A DNA stretch of 64,000 nucleotides from Candidatus Kapaibacterium sp. (GCA_963665665.1 OY762428.1:2784001-2848000); one strand, 5' to 3'. Positions 38,846 through 49,857 are shown, counted from the first letter of the stretch. The notes: generated from the letters alone by a model not told the origin. Numbers and translations are program-made.

Positions 38846-39691
38846 TTAATTCATACTAAGCAGAAGGATAGCAACAATTCCCGTAATTATGGCAAGCCTT
38901 CCGAAAGTATTTTGCTTTTCTTTCCATATAATAAATGCGCCAAGGGATGTAAAAATAATTATACTGATATTTGCTATGGGGAACACAATATATGCCGGTA
39001 ATTCCCTTAAAGCATTTATTAGAAAAAATGAGGAAAAAATATTAGGAACTCCAAGCATCAGTCCGCGTTTGATTGATCCGCTGTCTATTCTGGTTTTTGA
39101 TATAAAAACATATAAAGCAGAAAATATTAAGGCGAACCCAAATATACAAGTCAGGAAAAATTCCTTTTCACTTGGAGGACGCCATTGTTCGAATAATTTG
39201 AAAGCAAAATCATTAACGCCGATTCCGGTGAACAGCCCTATAAGCCATAAATAAGCTTTTTTATCAACTTTTTGGTTGCTTCCATTTCCGAAAGATCTGT
39301 AAAAAAGAAAAATGGTAAGAAATGCCAGCAAAATACCGATATATCCCCATAATCCGGGAAACTCAAAAAACACAATTATCGACAATCCTATCGGTATAAC
39401 AACAGATATACGGGAACTTACCTGTGCCAGGGCTGCCCCTGCAAATTCAACCGCTTTGGCAAAAGCAAAAAATGAAAGCAGGAACATAAGGCCGAGAATG
39501 GCCCCGAGGCCCAAAGTCTCTGCCGAATAAGATGCTGATTTATCAGTTACAAAAAAGAATGTACTGAAGGAAGTGGCAACAACATAATTTGCAAAAAGCA
39601 AAACAATAGCACTTCCGGACTTTGAATCATTATGTTTGAGAATCAGCGCTATCAGAGTCGAGCACAGAACCACCATAACAAGTGAGATCAT
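38846..39691 (-). CDS. DMT/EamA-family transporter
   Basis: About 10 hydrophobic helices in two repeats, GVPNIFS, WKEK. Confidence 0.8.
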   Translation of the reverse strand: MISLVMVVLCSTLIALILKHNDSKSGSAIVLLFANYVVATSFSTFFFVTDKSASYSAETLGLGAILGLMFLLSFFAFAKAVEFAGAALAQVSSRISVVIPIGLSIIVFFEFPGLWGYIGILLAFLTIFLFYRSFGNGSNQKVDKKAYLWLIGLFTGIGVNDFAFKLFEQWRPPSEKEFFLTCIFGFALIFSALYVFISKTRIDSGSIKRGLMLGVPNIFSSFFLINALRELPAYIVFPIANISIIIFTSLGAFIIWKEKQNTFGRLAIITGIVAILLLSMN

Positions 39692-39783
39692 AACTTATCC
39701 GAATAATTCATAACTCATAAAAGATTATTGTATCTACTCAGCATTGAAAATTTATAGCAATTTTTGGAGAAAAATCCGAAAGT

Positions 39784-39874
39784 GTCATTCTGAAGGAGCA
39801 CAGCGACTGAAGAATCCATATTGAAATAGCAGAAAATGCTGAAGAATGGATACTTCGCTTCGCTCAGTATGACA
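39784..39874. repeat. REP doublet (TGTCATTCTGA...GAAGAATCC / GGATACTTCGCTTCGCTCAGTATGACA)
   Basis: Inverted arms; right arm identical to 24217-24245. Confidence 0.85.
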
Positions 39875-39989
39875 TTTTAATTTTTTTTCAAAATTTCCAA
39901 AGTACTGCTAAGTAGTTACCATTATATTTACAAGTTAAGAAAAATTGATGATATTCATTCCTTCATGATTTTTTCTTTCATCAAAATTT

Positions 39990-40754
39990 TCAAAGCATCA
40001 GCCTGGTAGCACCTCCGTCAACAGATATGTTCTGGCCGGTAAGATAGGATGCAGCATCCATGCACAGGAATGCTGCCACACCGGATATTTCACTTGTATT
40101 TCCAATGCGTCCCATTGGTGTTTGGCTGATAATATTTGCTTTTTTTTCTTCATCATCCAAAACTGACCGTACAAGAGGAGTATCGATATACCAGGGTTCG
40201 ATAGAGTTTACACGAATATTTTCCGATGCCCATTCAACAGCAAGGTAGCGGGTCATGTGCATTATTGCTGCTTTGGCAGAAGCGTAGGGAACCCCGGTTC
40301 GTACAACCTGTACCCCGGCAGAAGATGCAATATTAACAACAGAAGCTGACGAAGACTTTTTAAGCAGAGGGTAGAAACTGCGGCACATATTTAAGGCTGC
40401 CCTGTAGTTTGTATTGATTAGAAAATCAATTTCATCGCTGCTGTATTCCATAGTTGCTTTCCTGATATTTGTTCCGGCGTTATTTATCAGGATATCAAGT
40501 TTTTTCGAATTTTCTTCGATCTTTAATGCACTATTCCTTATACTTTCAGCATCAGTTATATCAAGTTGCAAGCCACTGAGTTTCAATCCTTGTTGTCCTG
40601 CATTCTTAATGGCTTGTTCAACTCCGTTCCTATCTCTTGCAGCAATTATAACATCGGCACCAAGATTCGCCAGCTCAATTGCAATGGCATATCCTATACC
40701 TTTACTGCCCCCTGTAACAAGAGCAATTTTTCCCTGGAGAGTCCATTTATTCAT
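39990..40754 (-). CDS. SDR oxidoreductase (tropinone-reductase-like)
   Basis: TGGSKGIG, NNAG, YASAK (YxxxK), PWYIDTPL, ISVDGG. Confidence 0.9.
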   Translation of the reverse strand: MNKWTLQGKIALVTGGSKGIGYAIAIELANLGADVIIAARDRNGVEQAIKNAGQQGLKLSGLQLDITDAESIRNSALKIEENSKKLDILINNAGTNIRKATMEYSSDEIDFLINTNYRAALNMCRSFYPLLKKSSSASVVNIASSAGVQVVRTGVPYASAKAAIMHMTRYLAVEWASENIRVNSIEPWYIDTPLVRSVLDDEEKKANIISQTPMGRIGNTSEISGVAAFLCMDAASYLTGQNISVDGGATRLML

Positions 40755-41044
40755 TTTTTTCCTGTAAAAATATTTAATAAAACTTTTTGAACAAAAATGC
40801 TATTTTATTTAATATTATCAAAAAGTGTGGAAATTTCTACACAAATCGTAACTTTGTAAATAAAAATGTGACATTTCCAGATTTAAATGGTTATTGCCAT
40901 AATACAAGGTATTGTAATTTAAAATTTTCTTAGTTATATTTTCCTTGTTAAAGTGTTATTTCGAAACTGGATAATAATCTTTAGAAACTAAATATTAAAT
41001 TTTTATAATTATTCATTATTTTTAACAATTTTGGAGGCTACACA

Positions 41045-44000
41045 ATGCAAAACTTATCTCCTACTTTCCAAGCCAGAAAAAGTTTTGGCAGGAAATTACT
41101 TTTATCACTCGGCTTAGTGGCTGTTATGCTAATTGGCCTGGGCAGACAAACACAGGCTCAGGAATACTGCGAAATTTCAGCAGCAATTACAGATTACCAG
41201 ATGTGTACGAACTTTTTTGCTATAAACAATGTTGTTATCCAGGACATTAACGCTGACGAAGAAGGCAATGTCGATTATGGCCCGGGTGGCTATATGGATA
41301 TGAGCAATATCGTTATTAATCTCTTTCGTGGCACTTCTTATGACCTTACAATTGGTGCAGGATTTGCTGTATGGGTTACTTACCCTACTGATCTGTCTTT
41401 TTACGATCAGGATGTTATGGTTTATATTGACTGGGATAACGACGGAGAATTCGAAGATACTGAAAGAGTAATGAATTCTGACCATGAAGACGGAGGAGCA
41501 TCCTTCTGGCATAATGGTACTGTTATCATCCCGTCAAATGTTGACCTTTCTGAATCTGATACACGAAGGATGAGAATTGTAACTGATTACTGGGCAATGA
41601 ATAACCTTTCCCCTTGTGATGAAGACGGTGTTAGTGGCACAACATACGGAGAAGGCCGTGATTTTACCCTTCGCTTTGCTCCGGGTAATGATGCAGGTGT
41701 AACTGCCTTGGCAATGGTTAATCCTGTTTTCATTCCGGGTAACCAGGAAGTAAAAGCAACAATCAAAAACTACACTAACAAAACTCTTACAAGCTGTACT
41801 ATCAACTGGAGTGTTGACGGTGTAGAGCAGACTCCTTACTCATGGGAAGGTGAACTTGCTATGGATGAAGAAGAAGAAGTTGTAATTGGATATTATAATT
41901 TCGAGTATAAAAACCCGATTGAATCTTTTGAACTTACAGCATGGACTTCAAGCCCTAACGGCGCTACTGATGAAGACCAGACAAACGACGAACTTACAGA
42001 ATCTATTTTTGTTGCTCCGGCTCTTACACCGGCCAACTATACAATCGGTACTGACAAACAGTTCCCTGATTTTACTGAAATGACTGGCTATGCCCGTGAT
42101 TATGGTGTTATTGGCGAAGGCGAACTTCATTTCACCGTATCAAGGGATACCTATTACGAACAGATAGATTTTTCAGGTATTCAGCACGATAATAACATTT
42201 TCTCATTTGTATCAAATACCGAAAACAGAGACGACGTTATTGTTAGTGCTTGTGGAAATTCTGTTGTAACTATCAATAATCCCGGTGCATCATTTATTTT
42301 CGAGCACATGACATTTACCAGTACCTGCTCGACTGATGCAGCTGCGGCTCACGTGTTTGAAATTACAAATCATCCTGACGAAGTAATCCTTTACGAATGC
42401 GACGTTCTTGGTGTTGAAGGCCCGGACGCAGGCGATATGGGATTCTCAACCATTTTCATTAATGGTGAGCAGCCTGAACTGTTTGGCGTTGAGAAATGTG
42501 ATATCAAATATGGTTCACATGCTATTTATCTGAACGGAAGAGGCGAATACAGATCGGAAGCAGCAGTTATTCTTTCAAACCTGATGGCATATTCAGGCGT
42601 TGGATATTACACATGGGTAGATAATCCTGATTTCGGATGGGAAAATGCTGTAATCGAATGCGAATTTTCAGGTGGATGGGACAGAGAAAAAACAAACATG
42701 ATCTATCCAAGTGCCGGTGTGATTTCTAACGGCTCCTGGGTAGCAAAAAACACATTCTCTAACATATACGGATCAATTAACGCTGATGATGCTGTAATTG
42801 ATATTACTCATGAAGTAACTTCAGAAACACCAATTGAAGTTTATCAGAATGTTATGCGTAATTGCTTTGATGTAACAGGTATCCGTGTTCAGGGTAATAA
42901 CGCAGTTATATATGAAAATGATATTAACCTTGAAAACTTCGACCCGAAAGTCGGTATCCAGATAATCAATTCCGGTTTGGTTGACGATGTATATCTTGAA
43001 GACAATGAGGTAACGGTTCTTGAAGGTACAGCTCTTTATATTGAAAATTCAATGAACGTATATGCTTATCATAATTATCTTTATTCAATGGGTAATTTCT
43101 TTGGTGATACACCTGTATTATATGCAGAGATGGCTTCAGGTTATCTTGCAGTGAATATGATAGTCGGCGATTATGCCAATGGTATTCAGCTTTTTGATAA
43201 CTACGGTTTGAATTTATTCTACAACTCTGTTAATGTATTTAATGGTATGAGCAATGCTCCACTCGTATTTGATAATATGGGCGGATTTGTAATTGATCCT
43301 CCGGATGAAGAGGGTGATGAAGAGGGTGAATATGGCAAATTCAAAAACAGTAAGCTTGATGCTGATCCTGTTGTTTTAAGAAGAAATCTTCTTATCAACT
43401 CCGGAAGCGGCCCGGCTATTATTGATGCAAACAGAGTTTCAAACCTTATTTCAGATGAAAATGATATATACACAGCCGGAACAGTATTTGACCTTGCTGC
43501 ATGGCAGGCTCTCGGTTTTGATGAAAATTCCGTATCCATACCGGTTTATTATAAATCAATGGAAGACCTTCACCTTACTCAGTTTGATGACAGGATTACT
43601 GAAGACGAACCTTTGAACCTTGAAGGTACAACAATTGAAAAAGAATTTGAAATTGTTGACTGGGACGGCGAATATCGTGATGTTTATTATTTCGGTGTTG
43701 ACAATCTGAAACCGTCAATCGAAATAGTTGACCAGCCCGAGCCGGTTGTTGATTGTGAAGGCGTAGCAGACCACATGGTAACTTGTGTTGCTAATGTAAG
43801 TCTTGGCGGTACTGCTGATTATCAGTGGCAGAAAGACGGCGAAGATCTTATGGGTGAAAACAGCGCTATCCTATTCTTTGACGATCTTGACTTCACAATG
43901 TCAGGTATTTACAGGTGTGTTGTTTCCGGTTCAGGCGGTGCTTACTCTGTATCTTCCGACGAAATTCTTGTTTACGTAATGACTGAACCTGCAATTACAC

Positions 44001-45121
44001 GCCAGCCAAGAACAATGGCAGTTAAAGAAGGCGGCTCGGCATGGTTCGAAGTACAGGCTCATATTGCGGGTGATTATCCTCTGGATTACCTCCCGACAGC
44101 ACAGTGGCACAAAGACGGCGTAGACCTGATGGACGACGGACGTATTGCAGGTGCACAGTCAACAATTCTTTCAATAAGCGAAGTTATGGGCAGCGATTAT
44201 AATGATAATTATGCTGTTACAATGACGGGCCTTTGCGGTGAAGTAACATCTGAAAATGTTGCTCTTACTGACTTACCGGGTGTAAACATTCTTACACAGC
44301 CAATGGACATGACTGAATGCGAAGACGGCAGTGCAACATTCTATGTTGAAGCCGAAGCAGTTAACGGCGGCACCAGCCTTACATACCAGTGGATGAAAGA
44401 CGGCACGGACCTTGCTGATGACGCAAGAATAACAGGTTCTGCAAGCGGTACAATTACAATTAGCGACCTTGAAATGACAGATGCAGGAAGCTACGTTTGT
44501 AAAGTAACTGTTACCCCGGGTAATGTAACTGAAGAATCTAATGCAGCAGCTCTTACGGTTGATGCAAAACCGATGATTGTTACTCAGCCCATGGATGAAA
44601 CTGTTGATGCAGGCCGCGAAGTCAGCCTTATTGTTGATGCTCAGTATGTAACTGATTACCAGTGGATGAAAGACGGCAACCCGGTTGCCGGTGCTACAAG
44701 CGCCACACTTACGATTGCATCTGCTACAGTTAGCGACGCAGGTGTTTACAAATGTTCACTGAGTAATAATTGTGGCGTTGTTGAAACAAATGAAGCTACA
44801 ATAACAGTTAACAATGCCGGTATTGTTGCTACAGTTGAAAACAACAATACTGAAGGATATGCTCTTGAAGCGAACACACCGAACCCGTTCAACGAAACAA
44901 CAAATATTGAATTTGCTGTTCCGAATGAAACTTACGTAACGGTTAAACTTACTAACGAAGCAGGTGCCGAGGTTGCAGTACTTTATAATAGTAATGCTCC
45001 TGCAGGAACAACAACTGTACAGGTGGATTCAGCAGAACTGAAACTCACTTCAGGCGTTTACTTCTATACTATCGAAACAAATGGTTTCACACAGACAAGA
45101 AAAATGATCCTTGTTAAATAA
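41045..45121 (+). CDS. large secreted multidomain protein (GEVED, Ig-like, beta-helix, tandem Ig domains, T9SS C-terminal domain)
   Basis: VYIDWDNDGEFED...GEGRDF (GEVED-like), repeated YQW.KDG...G.Y.C Ig domains, NTPNPF...SGVYFY...RKMILVK. Confidence 0.85.
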   Translation: MQNLSPTFQARKSFGRKLLLSLGLVAVMLIGLGRQTQAQEYCEISAAITDYQMCTNFFAINNVVIQDINADEEGNVDYGPGGYMDMSNIVINLFRGTSYDLTIGAGFAVWVTYPTDLSFYDQDVMVYIDWDNDGEFEDTERVMNSDHEDGGASFWHNGTVIIPSNVDLSESDTRRMRIVTDYWAMNNLSPCDEDGVSGTTYGEGRDFTLRFAPGNDAGVTALAMVNPVFIPGNQEVKATIKNYTNKTLTSCTINWSVDGVEQTPYSWEGELAMDEEEEVVIGYYNFEYKNPIESFELTAWTSSPNGATDEDQTNDELTESIFVAPALTPANYTIGTDKQFPDFTEMTGYARDYGVIGEGELHFTVSRDTYYEQIDFSGIQHDNNIFSFVSNTENRDDVIVSACGNSVVTINNPGASFIFEHMTFTSTCSTDAAAAHVFEITNHPDEVILYECDVLGVEGPDAGDMGFSTIFINGEQPELFGVEKCDIKYGSHAIYLNGRGEYRSEAAVILSNLMAYSGVGYYTWVDNPDFGWENAVIECEFSGGWDREKTNMIYPSAGVISNGSWVAKNTFSNIYGSINADDAVIDITHEVTSETPIEVYQNVMRNCFDVTGIRVQGNNAVIYENDINLENFDPKVGIQIINSGLVDDVYLEDNEVTVLEGTALYIENSMNVYAYHNYLYSMGNFFGDTPVLYAEMASGYLAVNMIVGDYANGIQLFDNYGLNLFYNSVNVFNGMSNAPLVFDNMGGFVIDPPDEEGDEEGEYGKFKNSKLDADPVVLRRNLLINSGSGPAIIDANRVSNLISDENDIYTAGTVFDLAAWQALGFDENSVSIPVYYKSMEDLHLTQFDDRITEDEPLNLEGTTIEKEFEIVDWDGEYRDVYYFGVDNLKPSIEIVDQPEPVVDCEGVADHMVTCVANVSLGGTADYQWQKDGEDLMGENSAILFFDDLDFTMSGIYRCVVSGSGGAYSVSSDEILVYVMTEPAITRQPRTMAVKEGGSAWFEVQAHIAGDYPLDYLPTAQWHKDGVDLMDDGRIAGAQSTILSISEVMGSDYNDNYAVTMTGLCGEVTSENVALTDLPGVNILTQPMDMTECEDGSATFYVEAEAVNGGTSLTYQWMKDGTDLADDARITGSASGTITISDLEMTDAGSYVCKVTVTPGNVTEESNAAALTVDAKPMIVTQPMDETVDAGREVSLIVDAQYVTDYQWMKDGNPVAGATSATLTIASATVSDAGVYKCSLSNNCGVVETNEATITVNNAGIVATVENNNTEGYALEANTPNPFNETTNIEFAVPNETYVTVKLTNEAGAEVAVLYNSNAPAGTTTVQVDSAELKLTSGVYFYTIETNGFTQTRKMILVK

Positions 45122-45138
45122 ACTGTTTTGATTAAATT

Positions 45139-45169
45139 AAAGCCCCGTGATTACGGGGCTTTTTTTTTT
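45139..45169 (+). terminator. rho-independent terminator
   Basis: aaagccccgt-gatt-acggggcttt plus long T run. Confidence 0.88.
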
Positions 45170-45189
45170 AACTTTATTTGAATACTGAT

Positions 45190-45549
45190 ATGAAACAATT
45201 ATTTATAATTCTCTGCTTAGTTTTGATATTTTCATCATGTGATGATACGCCGGATATTGATGAGGAAAAATTTATCGAAACATATAAGGAAATTCTGATA
45301 ACCCGGGAGAGTACTATTGATTCAGTCGAGGCTAATAAAATAGTAAGTAAGATAATTAAAGACCATGGCTACAGCGAGGCATCATTCAGGAAGGAATTTT
45401 TTGAACTGGCATCCGAACGTGAGGTTTTACTGAGAGTAATTGATTCACTCAGGGAGAGTGTGAAACGTGATATGAAGATGATAGACAATAAGAAACATAT
45501 ATCCGAACAGGACAGTAATGAAACAGTAATGCCGGATAGCAGCAAATAG
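45190..45549 (+). CDS. small lipoprotein (DUF4296-like)
   Basis: MKQLFIILCLVLIFSSC lipobox; helical body IIKDHGYSEASFR. Confidence 0.6.
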   Translation: MKQLFIILCLVLIFSSCDDTPDIDEEKFIETYKEILITRESTIDSVEANKIVSKIIKDHGYSEASFRKEFFELASEREVLLRVIDSLRESVKRDMKMIDNKKHISEQDSNETVMPDSSK

Positions 45550-45566
45550 CCACACATAAATTTTTT

Positions 45567-45902
45567 TTACATTATAAGGATTTCCGGATGTGTTTTTGTG
45601 AGTTCGTGCTTCAGTAACTTAATTTCTTCAAGTATAACTTCAATCTGGCAGGTATTATCCTGATTCCTGACTAAACCAAGATAATCATTGATAGAGATAA
45701 TCAGGGCATAAGCCTTGATAAGGTGGCGAATTTCCTCGCTCATACTGCAATTACTTATTTCAGATAAATGGGTAGTAAGCCTGCTTGCCGCATTTTCCAG
45801 TTTATAGTCTATCCGAAACATATCTATAGATGAAATGCTTCCACACAGAACCTTAGTTCTGGAATATAAATCTTTTGATATATCAACCAGATCAACATCC
45901 AT
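45567..45902 (-). CDS. divergent four-helix-bundle (23S-IVS-protein-like) protein
   Basis: KLENAASRLTTHLSE...EEIRHLIKAYALIISINDYL parallels the family pattern QIRRAAVSIPSNIAE...EFIRFL..ARGS..E...QL; start uncertain. Confidence 0.45.
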   Translation of the reverse strand: MDVDLVDISKDLYSRTKVLCGSISSIDMFRIDYKLENAASRLTTHLSEISNCSMSEEIRHLIKAYALIISINDYLGLVRNQDNTCQIEVILEEIKLLKHELTKTHPEILIM

Positions 45903-46092
45903 GTTTTTCAAATTCCTGTTTCTGAATAAACAAAAAACTTGCATCCTGCAAATTTTTATTATTGCTGTATAACTACCGAAACCTTTGACCAAATATAATA
46001 TCTTTTTGGCAAAGAAGAAATACCCTAAAATATATATTCCAACAATTTACCGGATAATCCTTAGCAAAAATGCTTAGTTTGGAAATTTAAGC

Positions 46093-46179
46093 TCAGTAAT
46101 TCTACTTAAAGATAATCAGTGTTTTTACTCATATTTCCAACTACGTATTTTCCCGTATTTTTCTACGTATTTTCCCGTA
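46093..46179. promoter_or_regulatory. four tandem 16-bp imperfect palindromes, putative LuxR/NarL-family operator array
   Basis: tcagtaattctactta, tcagtgtttttactca and tacgtattttcccgta (twice), starting at 46093, 46116, 46142 and 46164. Confidence 0.5.
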
Positions 46180-46504
46180 GAAACGGATTAATTTCATCTT
46201 AATTAAAGAATTAAATATTTTTATTAATAATTACAACTTTATGAACTGATTATTACTATATTATTATCCGTATACCTAAAACTAATAGTATTCTGCAATA
46301 TAAAACCCGATAGCAAGTATTTATCCAAAATAAAGTTCATAAAACTTGTACTTTTTGATAAGAATTAACAACTGTTTGTAAAAATTCCTGTTTTTACCCG
46401 AAGAAAAAATAATTTGTATTATATACCAATAGAGTTATATTTGCTTAGTCATTCATTTGACTTTTATCAAAGGGAATTGTACAAATATTATTAATTATTA
46501 ATAC

Positions 46505-47182
46505 TTGGTGCTTATGTCTGCCCCTACAAATATACGAGTTTTGATTGCCGACGACCACAGTTTATTTGCCAAGCTTATTCAGCAAATGTTAAGAACATCT
46601 TCGGATATTGAAGTTGTCGGAATTGTTACAAACGGGAAAGAAGTTGTTGAATACGCAGAAAATCACGATATTGACCTTATCCTGCTTGATATCGACATGC
46701 CAATAATGGATGGTATGCAGACTCTTGGAAAAATTGTGAAAAACAAAAAAGATACCAGGATAATTATGCTGTCGAATCACACGGAGGCATGGCTTGTTCA
46801 GAAAGCCCTGAAAATCGGTGCAAGCGGATATATTTCCAAGTATGCCGACAGCAACGAAGTTGTTGAAGCGATAGTAACGGTACATAATGGCGGGAATTAT
46901 TTCTGCAAAACCAGTTTCAAGAACCTGATGGACAGGATAGCCAATAAAAAAACTGAATCATCCCACGATCATTCCTACCATGAACTGACGAAAAGAGAAA
47001 TGGAAGTTCTGAAATTAATTGCGAAAGAATTCAATTCCAAAGAAATTTCAGATCAGCTCTGTATTAGCCCGAGAACTGTGGAAACGCACAGGAAGAACAT
47101 CCTGCAGAAACTCGGTGCCAAAAACACCGTTGGATTAATTAAGGCAGCTATGGGAGCCAACCTGATTCCTGCCGATGTCTGA
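46505..47182 (+). CDS. NarL/FixJ-family response regulator (REC plus LuxR HTH)
   Basis: IADDH, LLDIDMPIMDG, GYISK, LTKREMEVL...SPRTVETHRKNI; start may be ATG 46514. Confidence 0.93.
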   Translation: MVLMSAPTNIRVLIADDHSLFAKLIQQMLRTSSDIEVVGIVTNGKEVVEYAENHDIDLILLDIDMPIMDGMQTLGKIVKNKKDTRIIMLSNHTEAWLVQKALKIGASGYISKYADSNEVVEAIVTVHNGGNYFCKTSFKNLMDRIANKKTESSHDHSYHELTKREMEVLKLIAKEFNSKEISDQLCISPRTVETHRKNILQKLGAKNTVGLIKAAMGANLIPADV

Positions 47183-47213
47183 CAATTTTCTGTGAAATAT
47201 ATACTTAATAAGT

Positions 47214-47254
47214 AAAAAACCATCCGGATAAATATTGATTCGGGTGGTTTTTTT
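47214..47254 (+). terminator. probable terminator
   Basis: aaaaaaccatccgg...tcgggtggtttttt stem with T tail. Confidence 0.6.
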
Positions 47255-47444
47255 GCTAAATAATATATATCATAAGAAAAATAATATCGGTAAATTCTTT
47301 TTATTTGTTTTATTGCTGCTATTTCAGCTTGAATAGATGAAAATATTATATGCGGGTTTTGCACAATTGCAATAATAATCGTAATTTAACATAGAATTAC
47401 GGGATAACAAATTTTCAATATAAAATCAGATAAGAGGGTTAATT

Positions 47445-49691
47445 ATGACGTTTCCGATCATTAAAAATGGATTATTCAGAGTAATATCAATTACAGTATT
47501 ATTAGCTTTTACCTTCATCCCGGCACGCTCAATGAAGGATCCCCTATACGTATGCGGCAGTTCGTTATACTCCGGAAATAGTAATAAAAGCAATGTATGC
47601 GATATTAAGTTTGCCGGAGATGATAATAGCCTTGCTTTAATTGCCGGGTATTATAGTAAAATCGTCGTATCAGATTTAGATGACAATAAATTAGTTGACA
47701 TTGTTCATAAGCCATTTGAAGACGAGAGTTATGATTGGTATATGGGTAATATCATTGTTCTTGATGATAAGAAAACAATTATTAATTCTCAGCTTGATGT
47801 TTTTGATTTGTATGAAGGTTTTCTTTATAATATTGATACAATCGATTCAGAAACAAATTCAAAATTTGATATTTCACCTGATGGCAAATACCTTTGTGTT
47901 TCTTATGCCGATAAGGGTTCGTTCAATCAACTGCACAATCGGCTTGCGATTTACAATATTGAAACGAAAGAAAAAATATTTGAATTATTAGAATATGACA
48001 ACATTATCAATTATTCCTTTATTGGAAACGGGCAAATTATTATATGTGATAACTGGTCTAATTACCCGGAAATCATATTTTATGATTTTATAAATAACAA
48101 ACGGTTGAAAAGTATTGAAACACAGTATCCCGGACAGGTTTTAAAGTGTATAAGCAAAGACAGACGCTATATTTTGATGTTTAGATTTGATGATTATTGC
48201 GTATATGACCTGAAAAACGACGAAGTTGTCCTGACCATAGACCACTCGCTTGGATCCAACCTTCAATTCTCGGAAAATACAGATTACCTGATTTATACAC
48301 TCGATAGCAATATCAATATTATCGACTATCGAAAAGATCAGGTAATTGATATAATAAAAACTCCGTTCAATAAAATTGGAAAATTAAGAGTCAGAGATGA
48401 CTTCTCAATGCTGATGTCTGATAATACAAAAGTGTTATTTTATGATTATAGCATTAAAACATTTTCAGATCCCATAAAATTTTACAAAGAGTTTAGTAAT
48501 ATTGAAATTGATTCAGATGGGAATGCAATTCTTTCAAATTTGTTTAATGAAATTGTTTCCTTTAATCCTTTAACTAAGGAAATAAATTGGAGAAAGAATA
48601 CTTTTACTGAATATAATTTATCGACATATACCGAGCACAATCAATATAACATATTGAATATCAAAAATAATATTATTTTCCAAAGTGCATTAGATGAGGA
48701 ATTACAGAATTATTTCATGCTGATGATAAATCCGGAAAATGGCAATCTATTACATAAAATCGGACCCTTCAAAGATACTATAAGCGATATATCAGTTTAT
48801 AATAATGAGATAATCATTGGCTTTTTAAATGGTAGAATAATCAGATACAATCCAAATGATAATTCACATTCCGATATTTGTACTTTTAAAGGACAATTCT
48901 ATAAGTTTTCTGAAAATATAAAGAATAGCAAAATATTGACCGTTTTATTTGAGCCGGATTCTGAAGATAAGAAAACAAAAATATATGAATTAGCATTACC
49001 TAACGGAGAATATAATCTGGTAAATGATATTGCTTTTCGACCATCGCCTGTTTATAATAACAACGTCTTTTCAGAAAATGATAAATATTTCGGAAATATT
49101 TATTTAGAAACGACAATGATATGTAATATACCAGAAGGAATTGACGAACTGATTCTTTTTCAAGATGAAGCAAGGTCAATTTTTATAAATGAAGAAAGAA
49201 ATTCTGTTTTCCTCGGTGCTAATGGAAAAATAATTGAAGTAGATGCAACTACAGGTAATTGGACAGGAGGTAATATTATTGACGAATATGGCAACTATCC
49301 TTTTACATCTGACAGACATTGGTCTCAACCATATTTCCTTGATGTTGTGTGTTATGAGAATATGCTATATGGCGTTAGTTCTGACGGATGCTTTGTTGCT
49401 TACGAGCTGTCTCCGGTTTCCGTGGAGGCAAAATCTGCAACAACAGCCAATAAGTTGATTGTATATCCAAATCCTGCGCCAGGCAACGGAAGATTAACAA
49501 TTGAACTGCCTGATATGCCCGAAAATAATTCCGTAATCAAAATATTTGATATTAACGGTGAAAATGTTAAAACAATTAGTACAAACACCGGAACTATAAA
49601 TTTAAGCGCTGATGAATTGCTCCCCGGGGCATATTACGTCAGGTATTATTCAAATACAGGAATCTATAACAGCAGGCTAATTGTTTATTAG
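47445..49691 (+). CDS. secreted WD40-like beta-propeller protein with T9SS C-terminal domain
   Basis: Signal peptide, ISPDGKYL / ISKDRRY / FSENTDY blade motifs, VYPNPA...PGAYYV...RLIVY. Confidence 0.78.
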   Translation: MTFPIIKNGLFRVISITVLLAFTFIPARSMKDPLYVCGSSLYSGNSNKSNVCDIKFAGDDNSLALIAGYYSKIVVSDLDDNKLVDIVHKPFEDESYDWYMGNIIVLDDKKTIINSQLDVFDLYEGFLYNIDTIDSETNSKFDISPDGKYLCVSYADKGSFNQLHNRLAIYNIETKEKIFELLEYDNIINYSFIGNGQIIICDNWSNYPEIIFYDFINNKRLKSIETQYPGQVLKCISKDRRYILMFRFDDYCVYDLKNDEVVLTIDHSLGSNLQFSENTDYLIYTLDSNINIIDYRKDQVIDIIKTPFNKIGKLRVRDDFSMLMSDNTKVLFYDYSIKTFSDPIKFYKEFSNIEIDSDGNAILSNLFNEIVSFNPLTKEINWRKNTFTEYNLSTYTEHNQYNILNIKNNIIFQSALDEELQNYFMLMINPENGNLLHKIGPFKDTISDISVYNNEIIIGFLNGRIIRYNPNDNSHSDICTFKGQFYKFSENIKNSKILTVLFEPDSEDKKTKIYELALPNGEYNLVNDIAFRPSPVYNNNVFSENDKYFGNIYLETTMICNIPEGIDELILFQDEARSIFINEERNSVFLGANGKIIEVDATTGNWTGGNIIDEYGNYPFTSDRHWSQPYFLDVVCYENMLYGVSSDGCFVAYELSPVSVEAKSATTANKLIVYPNPAPGNGRLTIELPDMPENNSVIKIFDINGENVKTISTNTGTINLSADELLPGAYYVRYYSNTGIYNSRLIVY

Positions 49692-49786
49692 TGGATATTA
49701 AATTAATGATATTAATTTACCACTTTCGACAAAATGGCATACTTTAAGTATGCTGTAATAAGGTTGTCTTATAAGCTGACAATATT

Positions 49787-49857
49787 ATTATTCTGAGCAC
49801 AGCGAATAGTCCATAAACTGCATGAATACTGGATTCTCCACTTTCTTTAGAATGATA
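49787..49857. repeat. degenerate REP doublet, inverted relative of 53465-53537
   Basis: Shares the spacer ctgcatgaatactggattct with the reverse complement of 53465-53537. Confidence 0.7.
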
